64,000 nt of DNA from an uncultured Clostridia bacterium (GTDB taxonomy: Bacteria > Bacillota > Clostridia > Christensenellales > Borkfalkiaceae), in NCBI GenBank assembly GCA_965120485.1, contig CBCPNG010000022.1, positions 1,457 through 65,456 of the forward strand. Direction: 5' to 3'. Positions 45,598 to 56,349 of this stretch are shown here, in pieces (position 1 is the first letter of the stretch; every line of letters starts with the position of its first letter). Under the pieces are notes generated by a model, which saw only the letters and a list, made by a program, of their open reading frames with translations, was not told the DNA's origin and ran no database searches. The position numbers and the translations under genes were made by a program.

Positions 45598-45715
45598 AAT
45601 ATTTCACCTTTTAAAAATTTTTTTTGAGTAGTTAACTGCGCCTGCGGCGCGCCGCAGGCGAATTGCCGCTTATAAGATTTTCAGCTTTCGTAAAGCGAAA
45701 AATCTGTAAGCTTTT

Positions 45716-46255
45716 TTATATCACTTCACACTTGATGTTATCGTTGGTAAATACGCAGATTTCGCTGGCTATTTTGAGCGCCTTGGTGGCGATTTGCTCT
45801 GCGCCGTATTTGGTGTTCTGAATAAGCGCGCGCGCCGCCGCAAGCGCATAGTTGCCGCCGCTGCCTATGGCGCATACGCCGCCGTCGGGCTCGATTACTT
45901 CGCCCGTGCCAGAAACTATGAGCATTGTGTCTTTATCGGCGACTATCATGAGAGCTTCGAGCTTGCGCGGCATTTTATCCGAGCGCCAGAGTTCGGCGAG
46001 CTCTACCGCAGAGCGCATGAGGTTGCCTGAAAATTTGTTGAGCATACCCTCGAACTTTTCGCTGAGGGAAAAGGCATCTGAAACAGAGCCTGCAAAGCCC
46101 AGTACTACCTTGCCGCCATAGATGCGCCGCACCTTGTTGGCTGTGTTTTTGAAAATTACGCTTTCGCCCATTGTTACCTGACCGTCGCCTGCAATGGCGG
46201 TTATGCCGCCCTTTTTGACGCCGCAGATTGTTGTGGCGTGAAATTCTACTGACAT
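45716..46255 (-). CDS. hslV: ATP-dependent protease subunit HslV
   Basis: HATTI N-terminal threonine region and the GSGG motif. Confidence 0.94.
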   Translation of the reverse strand: MSVEFHATTICGVKKGGITAIAGDGQVTMGESVIFKNTANKVRRIYGGKVVLGFAGSVSDAFSLSEKFEGMLNKFSGNLMRSAVELAELWRSDKMPRKLEALMIVADKDTMLIVSGTGEVIEPDGGVCAIGSGGNYALAAARALIQNTKYGAEQIATKALKIASEICVFTNDNIKCEVI

Positions 46256-47550
46256 ATTGTTTGGTTATACTCCCTTATGTATTTTAACGCCCTTTCGGCG
46301 AGCGCCCTGTACCTTTGCTTTTTATCGCGTATGCACAGTTCTGCTCCGCCTAAAAGACCGAAGTTTGCGTTCATTGGCTGAAAGTCTGCGTTTTCTGCCG
46401 CTATATAGCGCGACAGTTCGCCGCAGACGGTGTAGCGCGGAGGCAGTACCTGCTGTTTGCCGCGCAGCCTGCGCGCAAGATTTATTGCGGCGAGTATGCC
46501 GCTTGCCGCCGATTCTACATACCCCTCTACCCCCGTCATCTGACCTGCAAAGAACACCAGAGGGTCGCTCTTCAACGAAAAGTCGGCGTTTAAGCACTTG
46601 GGGGAATTGAGAAAGCTGTTGCGGTGCATTACGCCGTAGCGCAGAAATTCCGCTCCGCGTAGTGCAGGGATAATGGAAAACACGCGCTTCTGTTCGCCGA
46701 ATTTTAGGTTTGTCTGACAGCCGACGAGGTTGTACGCACTGCCTGCGAGGTTTTCGCGGCGAAGTTGAAGCACGGCGTAGAATGTGTTGCCGAAACTGTC
46801 GCGAAGTCCCACGGGTTTGAAAGGTCCGAAGCGCAGGGTGTCCTGTCCGCGCGCCGCCATTACCTCTAACGGCATACAGCCTTCAAAGATTTCACCGCGC
46901 TCGAATGAGTGCTTGTCTGCCCGTTCGGCTTTAATCAGCGCATCAACGAACGCCGTATACTGTTCCTTATCCATGGGACAGTTTATATAGTCGTCGCCCC
47001 TGCCGTACCTGCCGCCCTCGAACGTGTGGCTGAGGTCTAAACTTTCTGCCGAAACTATCGGCGCAGAGGCGTCGTAAAAGTGCAATCCGCTTCCAGTTTT
47101 CCTTGCAATATCTTCGGCAAGACCGCCCGCCGTGAGCGGACCTGTTGCCACTATGCAGGGTCCCTGCGGCACGCTTTGCACCTGTTTGCACTCGACGCGG
47201 ATATTGGGGTGCGAGGATATTTTTTGCGTGACGGCGCGTGCAAATTTATCTCTGTCGACGGCGAGCGCACCGCCTGCGGGGACTTTGCTTTTATCCGCCG
47301 CCTGCATGGTGAGTGAGCCGAGAATACGCATCTCTTCCTTTAAAAGTCCACACGCGTTGCCGTATATATCGCCGCTCTTTAACGAATTGGAGCAGACGAG
47401 CTCGCAAAAGTCGGCGTTTGAGTGTGCAGGGGTGAACGAGCGGGGCTTTATATCGTATAAAACAACGTTAAATCCCTCTTCGGCGAGGCGCCACGCCGCT
47501 TCACAGCCTGCAAGCCCGGCGCCCGTTACATTAATTTGCATCTTCTGCAT
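46246..47550 (-). CDS. trmFO: methylenetetrahydrofolate--tRNA-(uracil-5-)-methyltransferase
   Basis: [16 protein letters not shown] motif. Conserved position between topA and hslV. Confidence 0.92.
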   Translation of the reverse strand: MQKMQINVTGAGLAGCEAAWRLAEEGFNVVLYDIKPRSFTPAHSNADFCELVCSNSLKSGDIYGNACGLLKEEMRILGSLTMQAADKSKVPAGGALAVDRDKFARAVTQKISSHPNIRVECKQVQSVPQGPCIVATGPLTAGGLAEDIARKTGSGLHFYDASAPIVSAESLDLSHTFEGGRYGRGDDYINCPMDKEQYTAFVDALIKAERADKHSFERGEIFEGCMPLEVMAARGQDTLRFGPFKPVGLRDSFGNTFYAVLQLRRENLAGSAYNLVGCQTNLKFGEQKRVFSIIPALRGAEFLRYGVMHRNSFLNSPKCLNADFSLKSDPLVFFAGQMTGVEGYVESAASGILAAINLARRLRGKQQVLPPRYTVCGELSRYIAAENADFQPMNANFGLLGGAELCIRDKKQRYRALAERALKYIREYNQTICQ

Positions 47551-49882
47551 TGGGCTCTTCCGCCTTGGGTTCTTCGGGGACTGCCTCGGCGTAATCGCAG
47601 TCCTTTTGCGAGCACTTTATTTCGGAGCCCTTTTTTACGAGGTAACCCTTGCCGCACTTGGGGCACTTTTGCCCCGTGGGCACATCCCAGCTTAAAAATT
47701 TGCAGTCGGGGTAGCCCGTGCAGCCGTAGTAAATTTTGCCGTTTTTAGAGCGCATGCGGCGCATGGGTTTGCCGCACTCGGGGCAGACGCCCTCTGTCTT
47801 TTCCCCCTCGCGCAAGCCAGACTCACCCGTAAGGGGTCGCCTTACGCCGCACTTGCCACATTCGAGGTACTGCCCGTACCTGCCCTTTTTGACGAGCATT
47901 TCGCCGCCGCACTCTCTGCACTTCTCTTCCGAAATCTTGGCGTCCATGGGAAGAATTGACGAACACTCGGGGTAGTTGGGACAGGCGAGGAACTTGCCGT
48001 ATTTGCCGCTTTTTACCACCATGTTTGCGCCGCACTTGGGACAGCGCATCGCCGAAACTTCCTGTTCGGATTCGCTGACTATGTTAGAACATGCAGGGTA
48101 GTTTGAGCAGGCAAGGTATTTGCCGTACTTGCCCGTTCGCCTTATCATGGGGTGACCGCACTTTTCGCATATTATATCGGTGAGCTCGTCGCCGTCGGTG
48201 GACGCCGTTTTAAGGTGTTCGGCAAACGAGGGGTAGAAGTCGGCGATTATCTTGTGCCAGTCGGTGCCGCCCTCTTCGATTTTGTCGAGGTCGTCCTCCA
48301 TCCGTGCAGTGAAGCCTACGTCCATTATGTCTGTAAAGTATTTGCAGAGCATATCGGTTATTTTATACGCCACATCGGTGGGCACCATATGCTTGCCTTC
48401 CTTTTCGACATAGCGGCGGCGCGTGAGTACGGATATTATAGAGGCGTATGTTGAGGGTCTGCCTATGCCCTTTTCTTCCATAGCCTTTACGAGCGACGCA
48501 TCTGTATACCTTGCAGGCGGACGGGTGAACTTCTGTTCCTTGGCAAAGTTTTTTAACAGCGGCCTGTCGCCCTCGTTGAGGGGAGGGAGCAACTTTGCCG
48601 CCTCCTCTTCCTCGTCCTTTTCTTTGGGGGGCTGGTATGCGGCAGTGAAACCTGCAAAAAGCAATGACCTGCCGCTCGCCTTGAACGTATATTCTGCCGA
48701 AACGGCTTCTATCTGCATGGTGTTGTACTGCGCCTCTGCCATCTGTGAGGCAATGAACCTGTCGTACACCAGCTTGTATATGTTGTAATGCTTTTTATCG
48801 AGGAAGTTCTTAACGCTTTCGGGCGTGACAGAAAGGTTTATGGGGCGGATAGCCTCGTGTGCGTCCTGCGCGCCCTTTTTTGTAGCATAGTGGTTGGGCT
48901 TTGCAGGAACAAAGTTTTCGCCGTAGGTTTCCTTTATAAAGGCGAGAGCCTCGTCCTGCGCCTCTTTGGATACGCGGACGGAGTCCGTTCTGATATAGGT
49001 TATAAGCGCTATGTGGTCGCCGCCTACGTCCATGCCCTCGTACAGGTGCTGTGCGACAAGCATTGTTTCTGGCGAGGACATGCCGAATTTATTTGAGGCG
49101 TCCTGCTGTAACGAGGAAGTGGTGAAGGGCGCAGGGGCATGTTGTTTGGAAATGCCGCTCTTTACCTTTGCAATGGTAAAACCTGCGGCGCGCACCTTGC
49201 GCTCTGCCTCCTCCGCCTGTTCCTTGCCGATAGAGGAGCCGTTCTTTTTAAGCTGGCAGACCGCCTTGAAGGGGGCATATTTGCCCTCTTCATCTTGAAG
49301 GAATGCGGTGAGATTCCAGTATTCTTCGGGGACGAATGCAGATATTTCGCGCTCTCTGTCCACAATCAGGCGGAGGGCGACGGACTGGACGCGCCCTGCC
49401 GAGAGCCCGTTTTGTATGCGGTTGTTTAAAAGGGGCGAAAGTTTATAGCCCACGAGCCTGTCCAAAACTCTGCGAGCCTGCTGTGCGTCGACCAAATTAT
49501 AGTTAATTTTGCGGGGGTGTTCGAGGGCGCTCTGCACCGCCTTGGGGGAAATTTCGTTAAATTCTATCCTGATTTCGCCATCGGGGTCGAGCCCGAGCAC
49601 CGTCTGCAAGTGCCAGCTTATTGCCTCACCCTCGCGGTCGGGGTCGGTGGCAAGGTAAACTTTGCCAGCCTTTTTTGCCTCTGACGAGAGGCGTGCGATT
49701 ATATCTTTTTTGCCAGGCGACTCTTCGTAGCGCGGCTCGAAGTTATCAGTTATTTTGACGCCCAGAGTTTTTTCAGGGAGGTCGCGTATATGACCGCCCG
49801 ATGCGTCTACCTTGAACTTGCCCTTTAAGTACTTTGAGATTGTCTTTGCCTTTGAAGGCGATTCCACAATGATAAGGTCCAT
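47531..49882 (-). CDS. topA: DNA topoisomerase I
   Basis: LIIVESPSKAKTI Toprim start, catalytic TYIRTDS, and multiple C-terminal CxxC zinc ribbons. Confidence 0.95.
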   Translation of the reverse strand: MDLIIVESPSKAKTISKYLKGKFKVDASGGHIRDLPEKTLGVKITDNFEPRYEESPGKKDIIARLSSEAKKAGKVYLATDPDREGEAISWHLQTVLGLDPDGEIRIEFNEISPKAVQSALEHPRKINYNLVDAQQARRVLDRLVGYKLSPLLNNRIQNGLSAGRVQSVALRLIVDREREISAFVPEEYWNLTAFLQDEEGKYAPFKAVCQLKKNGSSIGKEQAEEAERKVRAAGFTIAKVKSGISKQHAPAPFTTSSLQQDASNKFGMSSPETMLVAQHLYEGMDVGGDHIALITYIRTDSVRVSKEAQDEALAFIKETYGENFVPAKPNHYATKKGAQDAHEAIRPINLSVTPESVKNFLDKKHYNIYKLVYDRFIASQMAEAQYNTMQIEAVSAEYTFKASGRSLLFAGFTAAYQPPKEKDEEEEAAKLLPPLNEGDRPLLKNFAKEQKFTRPPARYTDASLVKAMEEKGIGRPSTYASIISVLTRRRYVEKEGKHMVPTDVAYKITDMLCKYFTDIMDVGFTARMEDDLDKIEEGGTDWHKIIADFYPSFAEHLKTASTDGDELTDIICEKCGHPMIRRTGKYGKYLACSNYPACSNIVSESEQEVSAMRCPKCGANMVVKSGKYGKFLACPNYPECSSILPMDAKISEEKCRECGGEMLVKKGRYGQYLECGKCGVRRPLTGESGLREGEKTEGVCPECGKPMRRMRSKNGKIYYGCTGYPDCKFLSWDVPTGQKCPKCGKGYLVKKGSEIKCSQKDCDYAEAVPEEPKAEEPNAEDAN

Positions 49883-49909
49883 TTCTTCTCTTCCTTCCGC
49901 GCGGAGCGT

Positions 49910-50998
49910 TTATTTGTAACGGACAACTGCATAGCGGTTGCCGCCCATTCTTGCAACCATCCCCTTTACTTCGAGAGAGGAAAGCACGGCAAGAATTTCG
50001 TACGGGCGGAGACCTGCGTCTGCCGCAATCTCTTCAATGTGCGCCGTACCGCGCTCACGTATAACCGAGAGCAGTCTGCCCTCTGTATCGGTGAGCTCTG
50101 TCTCTTTTTGTGCATTAAAGTCTAAACCATACGCGCCGAATATGTCAAGTATATTTTCTGTGAGGTAGGCGCCTTTTTTGATTAGTGCGTTGCATCCTGC
50201 GCCAGAGGGAATGCCGGCGGAATAGGGAAAACAGAACACGTCTTTGCCGTATTCGAAGGCGTAAGCCGCCGTAATTGACGCGCCGCTGCGCTCGCCTGCG
50301 GAAACTATTAAAACGCCTTCGCACAGGGCGGCTATCAGCCTGTTTCGTATGGGGAAAAGGTAGCCGCGCGCCGTTACGGGCGGAGGCTGTTCGGTTATGA
50401 GCAATCCGCGCTCCGCCACCATTTTGTAAAGTTTGGCGTTGCTTGCAGGAAATACGCTGTCCAACCCCTGCGCCGCAACGCATATCAGTCTGCCGCTCTC
50501 TAACGCGCCCTCTGCGGCTGCGGTATCGGCGCCCTCTGCCGTGCCTGTGACAACGACGAACTTTTCGGCAATCTGCGCGCTTATGGCACTGCACGATTTT
50601 AATATGATTGCCTGCGTGCGGCGTGAGCCGACTATGCCGAACATGCGCTCTTTTAACAGAGCTGTGTTGCCCTTACAGTAGAGCACGAGGGGCGGAAGCG
50701 GCGTCTGCCTTAAAACTTCGGGATAGGTCTCTGAAAAATAAGTCACACAGGTTATGCCCCTGCGTTCAAGTCCGCACAGCAATCTTTTGCGGTATTCCTC
50801 GGAGTAAAATTTGTCCCTTATTTTATTATATACGCCGTCGCCAAAGGTTTTAATCAAAAAATCGACATGTTTTTGGAGGGGCGAAGATTGCCTGAACCCG
50901 TCGGTGACGTGGAATCTTGCCTTGTAGGTGAGTTCTTCTATGCCGTCGAGGACTATGGCGTCCTGCTCTTTCTGGGTGTAGTTCATAAGGTGCTGCAA
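49910..50998 (-). CDS. dprA: DNA-processing protein DprA
   Basis: Rossmann-like GIVGSRR..GAEGADTAA core and a C-terminal winged-helix-like tail. Upstream of topA, as in Bacillus. Confidence 0.9.
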   Translation of the reverse strand: MQHLMNYTQKEQDAIVLDGIEELTYKARFHVTDGFRQSSPLQKHVDFLIKTFGDGVYNKIRDKFYSEEYRKRLLCGLERRGITCVTYFSETYPEVLRQTPLPPLVLYCKGNTALLKERMFGIVGSRRTQAIILKSCSAISAQIAEKFVVVTGTAEGADTAAAEGALESGRLICVAAQGLDSVFPASNAKLYKMVAERGLLITEQPPPVTARGYLFPIRNRLIAALCEGVLIVSAGERSGASITAAYAFEYGKDVFCFPYSAGIPSGAGCNALIKKGAYLTENILDIFGAYGLDFNAQKETELTDTEGRLLSVIRERGTAHIEEIAADAGLRPYEILAVLSSLEVKGMVARMGGNRYAVVRYK

Positions 50999-52509
50999 TC
51001 GAAACTTCTGTAAGAAGCCGCCTCCATTATGTGCGCGGGCATTATTTCGGCAGAGAAGTCGAGGTCGGCTATGGTGCGCGCCACCTTGATTATGCGCGAG
51101 CGGGCGCGCGCCGATAGGTGCAGACTTTCGAACGCCTGCCGCAGGACACGCTCACATTCGTCAGAGAGAGCGCAGTATCTGTTTATCTGCCTTTCGCCCA
51201 TGTTGGAGTTTGTGAATATTCCTTCGGGGATAAACCTCTCCCTCTGTACGGCGCGCGCCGCCTCTACCCTTGCCTTGACCTGTGCGCTGGATTCCTCTGC
51301 CGCACCCGAAATGAGGTCGTCATAGTGCACGGAGTCCACCTCTACCTGAATATCAATTCTGTCAAGAAGCGGACCTGAAATCTTGGCGCGGTATTTTTTT
51401 ATCTGCGCAGGGGTGCACGTGCAGACGAGCTCTGCCGAGCCGTAGTTGCCGCACGGGCAGGGGTTCATGCTGGCGCACAGCATGAAGTCGGCAGGAAACG
51501 AAGCCGAACCGCCCGCCCTGGTTACGGTAATAGTTTTGTCTTCAAGCGGCTGGCGGAGCGATTCGAGTGCAGAGCGAGTGTATTCGGGGAGCTCGTCTAA
51601 AAACAGCACGCCGCAGTTAGCCTTTGAAATTTCGCCCGGTCGAATTTTGCTGTTGCCGCCGCCGCACAGCGAAACGGTTGTGGCGGTGTGGTGCGGAGTG
51701 CGGAACGGGCGCAGGGCGACTATGCCCTCTTCGGTGAGTTCGCCTGCGACAGAGTGGATTTTTGTTACCTCTAACGCCTCTTCAAACGTCATATCGGGCA
51801 TTATTGTGGGGATGCACCGCGCGAGCATGGTTTTGCCCGTGCCGGGAGGCCCGACGAGCAACATGTTGTGTCCGCCGGCAACGGCGATTTCCAACGCGCG
51901 CTTTGCCACGCGCTGACCCTTGACCAGCGAGAGGTCGCAGTCGTAGCGGCGCTCCTTGCGCACGGCGGCGTAGTCCCTGTGGGGCACAGGGGAAAACTGA
52001 CCCTCACCCGTGAGCAGGGCGACTACCTCTTGCAGTGAGCGCAGGGCGTATACCTCGGCTCCGCCGATAAAACTTGCCTCGTTTGCATTTGCGTACGGCA
52101 CCACGAAGCGGCTGAACCCACGCACCTTTGCTGATATAAGCATGGGCAGAATACCAGTTACCGCGCGCAGTGCGCCGTCGAGGGCGAGCTCGCCGAAAAA
52201 CACAATGCCGCTTGTATCGCAGGTGAGCTCGTCGCTCGCCTTTAATATGCTTATGGCTATGGGCAGGTCGTAGTGCGAGCCCTCTTTGCGGATGTCGGCA
52301 GGGGCGAGGTTTATGGTTATTTTGCTGACGGGAAAGCGCATAACGCTGTTTCTTATTGCCGAGCGGACGCGCTCTTTACTCTCTTTTACGGCGGCATCGG
52401 GCAGACCGACGAGGTCGTAAGACACCATGCCCTTGCTGATGTCCGTCTCCACTTCCACGGGAACGCCGTCCAGTCCGTTGAGGGCAAAACTCATTACTTT
52501 TGAAAGCAT
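50983..52509 (-). CDS. yifB: YifB/ComM-family Mg-chelatase-like AAA+ ATPase
   Basis: Lon-protease-like N-domain, GPPGTGKTMLA Walker A, VLFLDELPE Walker B. Confidence 0.92.
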   Translation of the reverse strand: MLSKVMSFALNGLDGVPVEVETDISKGMVSYDLVGLPDAAVKESKERVRSAIRNSVMRFPVSKITINLAPADIRKEGSHYDLPIAISILKASDELTCDTSGIVFFGELALDGALRAVTGILPMLISAKVRGFSRFVVPYANANEASFIGGAEVYALRSLQEVVALLTGEGQFSPVPHRDYAAVRKERRYDCDLSLVKGQRVAKRALEIAVAGGHNMLLVGPPGTGKTMLARCIPTIMPDMTFEEALEVTKIHSVAGELTEEGIVALRPFRTPHHTATTVSLCGGGNSKIRPGEISKANCGVLFLDELPEYTRSALESLRQPLEDKTITVTRAGGSASFPADFMLCASMNPCPCGNYGSAELVCTCTPAQIKKYRAKISGPLLDRIDIQVEVDSVHYDDLISGAAEESSAQVKARVEAARAVQRERFIPEGIFTNSNMGERQINRYCALSDECERVLRQAFESLHLSARARSRIIKVARTIADLDFSAEIMPAHIMEAASYRSFDCSTL

Positions 52510-52629
52510 AATCTCACCGTGATTTATGATATACCAAACATTATACTACATAAGCCGACAAAATTCAACATTCAGACATATAAAAAAAGAACCCCGAAGG
52601 GTTCTTATAACTTATTTAACTTAATGAAA

Positions 52630-52974
52630 TTATTTAACTTCCTTAATCTTGGCGGCCTTGCCTGTGAGTCCGCGCAGATAGTAGAGTTTAGCCCTTCTTA
52701 CCTTGCCGCGCTTTACAACGGTGATTGACGCGATTTTGGGCGAGTGTATGGGGAAAGTCCTCTCTACGCCTACGCCGAAAGAAAGCCTTCTTACGGTAAA
52801 GCTCTCCCTTATGCCGCCGTGCTTTTTGGCAATTACAACGCCCTCGAAGTTCTGTATTCTCTCCTTGGTGCCCTCTATAACCTTGAAGCCCACCTTCACG
52901 GTGTCGCCCACGTTGAATGCGGGCACACTCTCTTTCATGCCTTCCTTTTCGATAGCCTCTATAAGACCCTTCAT
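52630..52974 (-). CDS. rplS: 50S ribosomal protein L19
   Basis: [30 protein letters not shown]. Confidence 0.96.
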   Translation of the reverse strand: MKGLIEAIEKEGMKESVPAFNVGDTVKVGFKVIEGTKERIQNFEGVVIAKKHGGIRESFTVRRLSFGVGVERTFPIHSPKIASITVVKRGKVRRAKLYYLRGLTGKAAKIKEVK

Positions 52975-53072
52975 TTTTACCTCCGATGGTGCAGACGTTC
53001 GTGCCCTTGTTTGCGGCAGAGGACCGTCTTTTTTCGATTACATGCGGTATTTTACCAAACAAAAAAAAAAAA

Positions 53073-53088
53073 GGCAAGCTCTTTTGCC
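53073..53088. terminator. short hairpin flanked by A12 and T7 between yraN and rplS
   Basis: GGCAA / TTGCC stem with A12 at 53061-53072 and a T7 run downstream. The stem is only 5 bp. Confidence 0.4.
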
Positions 53089-53293
53089 CGTTTTTTTGTG
53101 AAAATCGCGACACACGCCAAAAATAATTGCTGTTAGTTTTCCGCGTGGTTTTACCGTGCGTTGCCATAGGTTTTCGGCATGGCTTTGTGCATCTAATGTA
53201 CCCCAGAGAGCGAAGTCCTACACTATAAATGCTCCTACGGGTGATAGTTTTTTCGGCAAGGGAGTGTTTTCAAGTTGACCACGGCGGCGACTT

Positions 53294-53656
53294 TTAACAC
53301 TCAAAGGCGTTTTCTATGTGGTTAATTCCGTTTTGAGTGACCTCGATTATATCGAAGCGCACCACGCAGTCGGGTTCGCGCCCCGAAAAGTAGAAGCGCG
53401 CGCTTTGGATATAGCGCCGCCTGCGTACGGAATCTACCGCCTCTGACGGGGCGCCGTAAATATCGGAAAGCCTTGTTTTTACCTCTACAAAGGCGAGCAC
53501 TTCTCCACTGCGGGCGATGACATCTACCTCGCCGAACGGGCATTTGAAGTTGCGGCAGACTATTTTGTAGCCGCGGCGCTTTAAGTAGCGCGCCGCGCGG
53601 CGTTCGCCCATTCTACCCTTGATTTTATTGTAGCGCTTTACTCCGTTCCGTTCCAT
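53294..53656 (-). CDS. yraN: YraN-family (UPF0102) endonuclease-like protein
   Basis: GRMGERRAARYLKRRGYKIVCRN..GEVDVIA..FVEVKTR pattern. Start chosen at MERNG. Confidence 0.8.
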   Translation of the reverse strand: MERNGVKRYNKIKGRMGERRAARYLKRRGYKIVCRNFKCPFGEVDVIARSGEVLAFVEVKTRLSDIYGAPSEAVDSVRRRRYIQSARFYFSGREPDCVVRFDIIEVTQNGINHIENAFEC

Positions 53657-54243
53657 TTTGTGGTGAAACTCCTGCGGTGAATGGGGCATATTCCGCACTC
53701 TTTTATGGCGGAAATGTGCGCCGCCGTGCCGTAGCCCTTGTTTTTTTCAAAGCCGTAGGCGGAATAGATTTTTGCATACTCCGCCATGAGCGCGTCCCTT
53801 TCGACCTTGGCGACTATGGACGCCGCGCCTATGCAGTAGCACTTGCCGTCGCCGCCTATGACTGAACGCTGTGGAATGGATATATCCAACTTCATGTTGC
53901 CGTCTGAAAGCACGAAATCGGGGACGGTTTTAAGCCCCTCTATGGCGTTTTTCATGCACAGTTTTGTGGCTTCGAGTATGTTGATTTGGTCGATTATTTG
54001 CGGTTCGACGCGACATACTGACAGGGCAATCGCCTTTTGGCGTATAAGTTTGGCAAGGTATTCCCGCCTTTTTTCCGAGAGCTTTTTACTGTCGTCCACT
54101 CCCTCTATTATATCGTCGGCAGGCATTATTACCGCGGCGCACACCACGGGACCTGCGAGCGGCCCCCTGCCTACCTCGTCTACACCGCACACATATTTAC
54201 ATCCCTGCGAATGTAACTCTCTTTCGTAAAAAAATTTATCCAT
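53638..54243 (-). CDS. rnhB: ribonuclease HII
   Basis: GVDEVGRGPLAGPVV catalytic motif and DSKKLS. Start set at MDKFF. Confidence 0.92.
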   Translation of the reverse strand: MDKFFYERELHSQGCKYVCGVDEVGRGPLAGPVVCAAVIMPADDIIEGVDDSKKLSEKRREYLAKLIRQKAIALSVCRVEPQIIDQINILEATKLCMKNAIEGLKTVPDFVLSDGNMKLDISIPQRSVIGGDGKCYCIGAASIVAKVERDALMAEYAKIYSAYGFEKNKGYGTAAHISAIKECGICPIHRRSFTTKWNGTE

Positions 54244-54244
54244 A

Positions 54245-55099
54245 TCAATACAGTGCCGAAAGCACTTCGTCTGTACTATCCAATGCAACAGCACCCAACC
54301 TGCCCTTGCGAAGGTCGTCTATAACTGCCCTGCACGCGCGCTCATAGTCGCACTCGCCGCCGCGCAGAATGAAGCCCCGCCTGCGGCACACCGCTTCGAG
54401 CATATCCGCGCCCGCAAGTCCGCCCTCTATGCCGTAGCGCTCTGCAAGCCTTTGGGGATATTTTTCGGCGAGCTCTTCAAGCAGAGCGGGGGCGAGTTCC
54501 TCCATGTCGAGAATGTCGTCGTTTATACTGCCCACATACGCCAGCCTGCGCGCAAGACGCTGGTCATCAAAGGCAGGAGGCATGGTGCCAGGGGTATCTA
54601 AAAGTTCAAATCCGCCCAGCCGTATCCACTGTTTGCCGCGCGTAACGCCAGCCTTGTCGCCCGTGACGGCGCGCTTTTGCCCAGAAAGAAGATTTATAAC
54701 CGTGCTTTTGCCCGTGTTGGGAACGCCCACCACCATAAAGCGGAAAGTGCGCGTATATCCCCTTGCCTCGGCGCGTGCGCGCTTTTCTGCCACCACCTTT
54801 TCGCAGGCGGAAAGCAGGGACTTTTTATAGCCACTGCGCGTGGCGTCAAGCGACGCCGCCGCACACCCCTTTGAGCGGATGATTGCGGCATATTCTGCGG
54901 TGTTTTCGGCAAGGTCTGCCTTATTCAACACATATAATACGGGCTTTTGGGCAAATACCTCTTTGAGTTTTTTGTTGAACGAAGAGGCAGGACAGCGCGC
55001 GTCTAACACATAGATTGCGCCGTCGCACAGTGCGGCGCTCTCCCTCATCATGCGCATTGCCTTGGTCATATGCCCAGGATACCACTGAATTGTCTTCAT
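54245..55099 (-). CDS. rbgA: ribosome biogenesis GTPase A (YlqF)
   Basis: IQWYPGHMTKA start and circularly permuted G motifs (NKADL .. GVPNTGKST). Confidence 0.92.
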   Translation of the reverse strand: MKTIQWYPGHMTKAMRMMRESAALCDGAIYVLDARCPASSFNKKLKEVFAQKPVLYVLNKADLAENTAEYAAIIRSKGCAAASLDATRSGYKKSLLSACEKVVAEKRARAEARGYTRTFRFMVVGVPNTGKSTVINLLSGQKRAVTGDKAGVTRGKQWIRLGGFELLDTPGTMPPAFDDQRLARRLAYVGSINDDILDMEELAPALLEELAEKYPQRLAERYGIEGGLAGADMLEAVCRRRGFILRGGECDYERACRAVIDDLRKGRLGAVALDSTDEVLSALY

Positions 55100-55115
55100 A
55101 CAACCTCGCGTGCCT

Positions 55116-55787
55116 CTACTTTAAAAGGTCGGGTCTGTTCTTTTTGGTAATCTCTATGGCGCGCTCTTTCCGCCACCTGTCCACTTCGGCGTGGTTGCCG
55201 CTCAAAAGCACTTCGGGCACAGCCACGCCGTTGTATACCGCAGGACGGGTGTACTGCGGATACTCCAACAGTCCGCCAGAAAAACTTTCGTCGGCAAGGC
55301 TCTCCGCCGATATAACGCCGTCTACAAGCCGAGCCACACAGTCGCACACCACCATTGCAGGAAGTTCGCCGCCCGTTAAAACATAGTCGCCTACGGAGAG
55401 CTCTTCATCCATATACATATCTATGACGCGCTGGTCTACGCCCTCGTAGTGACCGCACAACAGCAAAAGCTCTTTTTCGCCGCAAAGCTCGCGTGCGATA
55501 CCTTGATTGAAAACGCGTCCGCGCGGCGACATGAATATGCGGCGCGCCGAATGGCAGGGGTCGGCAGCTTCTATCGCCGAGCCGACAGGCTGGGGCATCA
55601 TGACCATGCCTGCGCCGCCGCCGAAAGGATAGTCGTCGCACTTTAAATGCTTGTTTTGGGCATAGTCGCGTATGTTTACTATATTTATCTGTAACTTTCC
55701 TGCCCCCGTAGCCCTGCCTATTATACTCTCTTTAAGCGGAGAGAACATTTCGGGGAAGAGTGTTAGAATGGTTATTTTCATTGCCAT
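55116..55787 (-). CDS. trmD: tRNA (guanine37-N1)-methyltransferase
   Basis: ILTLFPEMF, GHYEGVDQRV and SVGDYVLTGGE motifs. Confidence 0.95.
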   Translation of the reverse strand: MAMKITILTLFPEMFSPLKESIIGRATGAGKLQINIVNIRDYAQNKHLKCDDYPFGGGAGMVMMPQPVGSAIEAADPCHSARRIFMSPRGRVFNQGIARELCGEKELLLLCGHYEGVDQRVIDMYMDEELSVGDYVLTGGELPAMVVCDCVARLVDGVISAESLADESFSGGLLEYPQYTRPAVYNGVAVPEVLLSGNHAEVDRWRKERAIEITKKNRPDLLK

Positions 55788-55789
55788 TT

Positions 55790-56290
55790 TCAGAGGGTTG
55801 CAACCTGCTTGAAGCGTTCGGCGTTTACAACTATCCTGCCAGCCCCCTCTTCCATGCTGACGATAACGCCCTCGGCGGCGGCAAACAGCACCTCTTTACC
55901 GCCGCAGTCAATGGTGTAAATATCGGTGCGTGCAGGCGTTACGTCGAGCACCTTGCCCAGCTCTTCGCCCTGTTCGGTAACGACTGTACACCCTATAATA
56001 TCCGCGATATACACCCTGTCTTTCGGGAGGGGAGGCGCCTCTGCCCTGTCGGCGAGCACGGGTTTGCCGCGCAAAAGTTCGGCGGCGTTTCTGTCGGGCA
56101 CGCCGCGCAGAGTGAGGTAGGCAAAGCCGCCCGCCGCGCGGCAGGCGAGCACCTTGTATTTTTGGTCGCCGATTATTACCTGCGGAAAGCCGCAGATATC
56201 TTCGGCACAGTCGGTATGCGGCATTACTTTTACCTCGCCGCGTATGCCCTGGGGCTTTAAAACCGTTGCTATACTTAAATACCTTTCCAT
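55790..56290 (-). CDS. rimM: 16S rRNA processing protein RimM
   Basis: KPQGIRGEVKV N-terminal motif plus a PRC-barrel C-terminus. Conserved position. Confidence 0.92.
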   Translation of the reverse strand: MERYLSIATVLKPQGIRGEVKVMPHTDCAEDICGFPQVIIGDQKYKVLACRAAGGFAYLTLRGVPDRNAAELLRGKPVLADRAEAPPLPKDRVYIADIIGCTVVTEQGEELGKVLDVTPARTDIYTIDCGGKEVLFAAAEGVIVSMEEGAGRIVVNAERFKQVATL

Positions 56291-56349
56291 AATGTGATAT
56301 AAAACGCCGCGCCGCAGTGCATTTGCGCGGCGCGGCGTTTGCCCGAAGT

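Noticed and set aside
52688-53167. A 159-aa minus-strand ORF overlapping rplS and its upstream region.
   Set aside because: It is out of frame with the unmistakable L19 gene, has Arg/Gly-rich filler composition, and crosses the A12/T7 hairpin.
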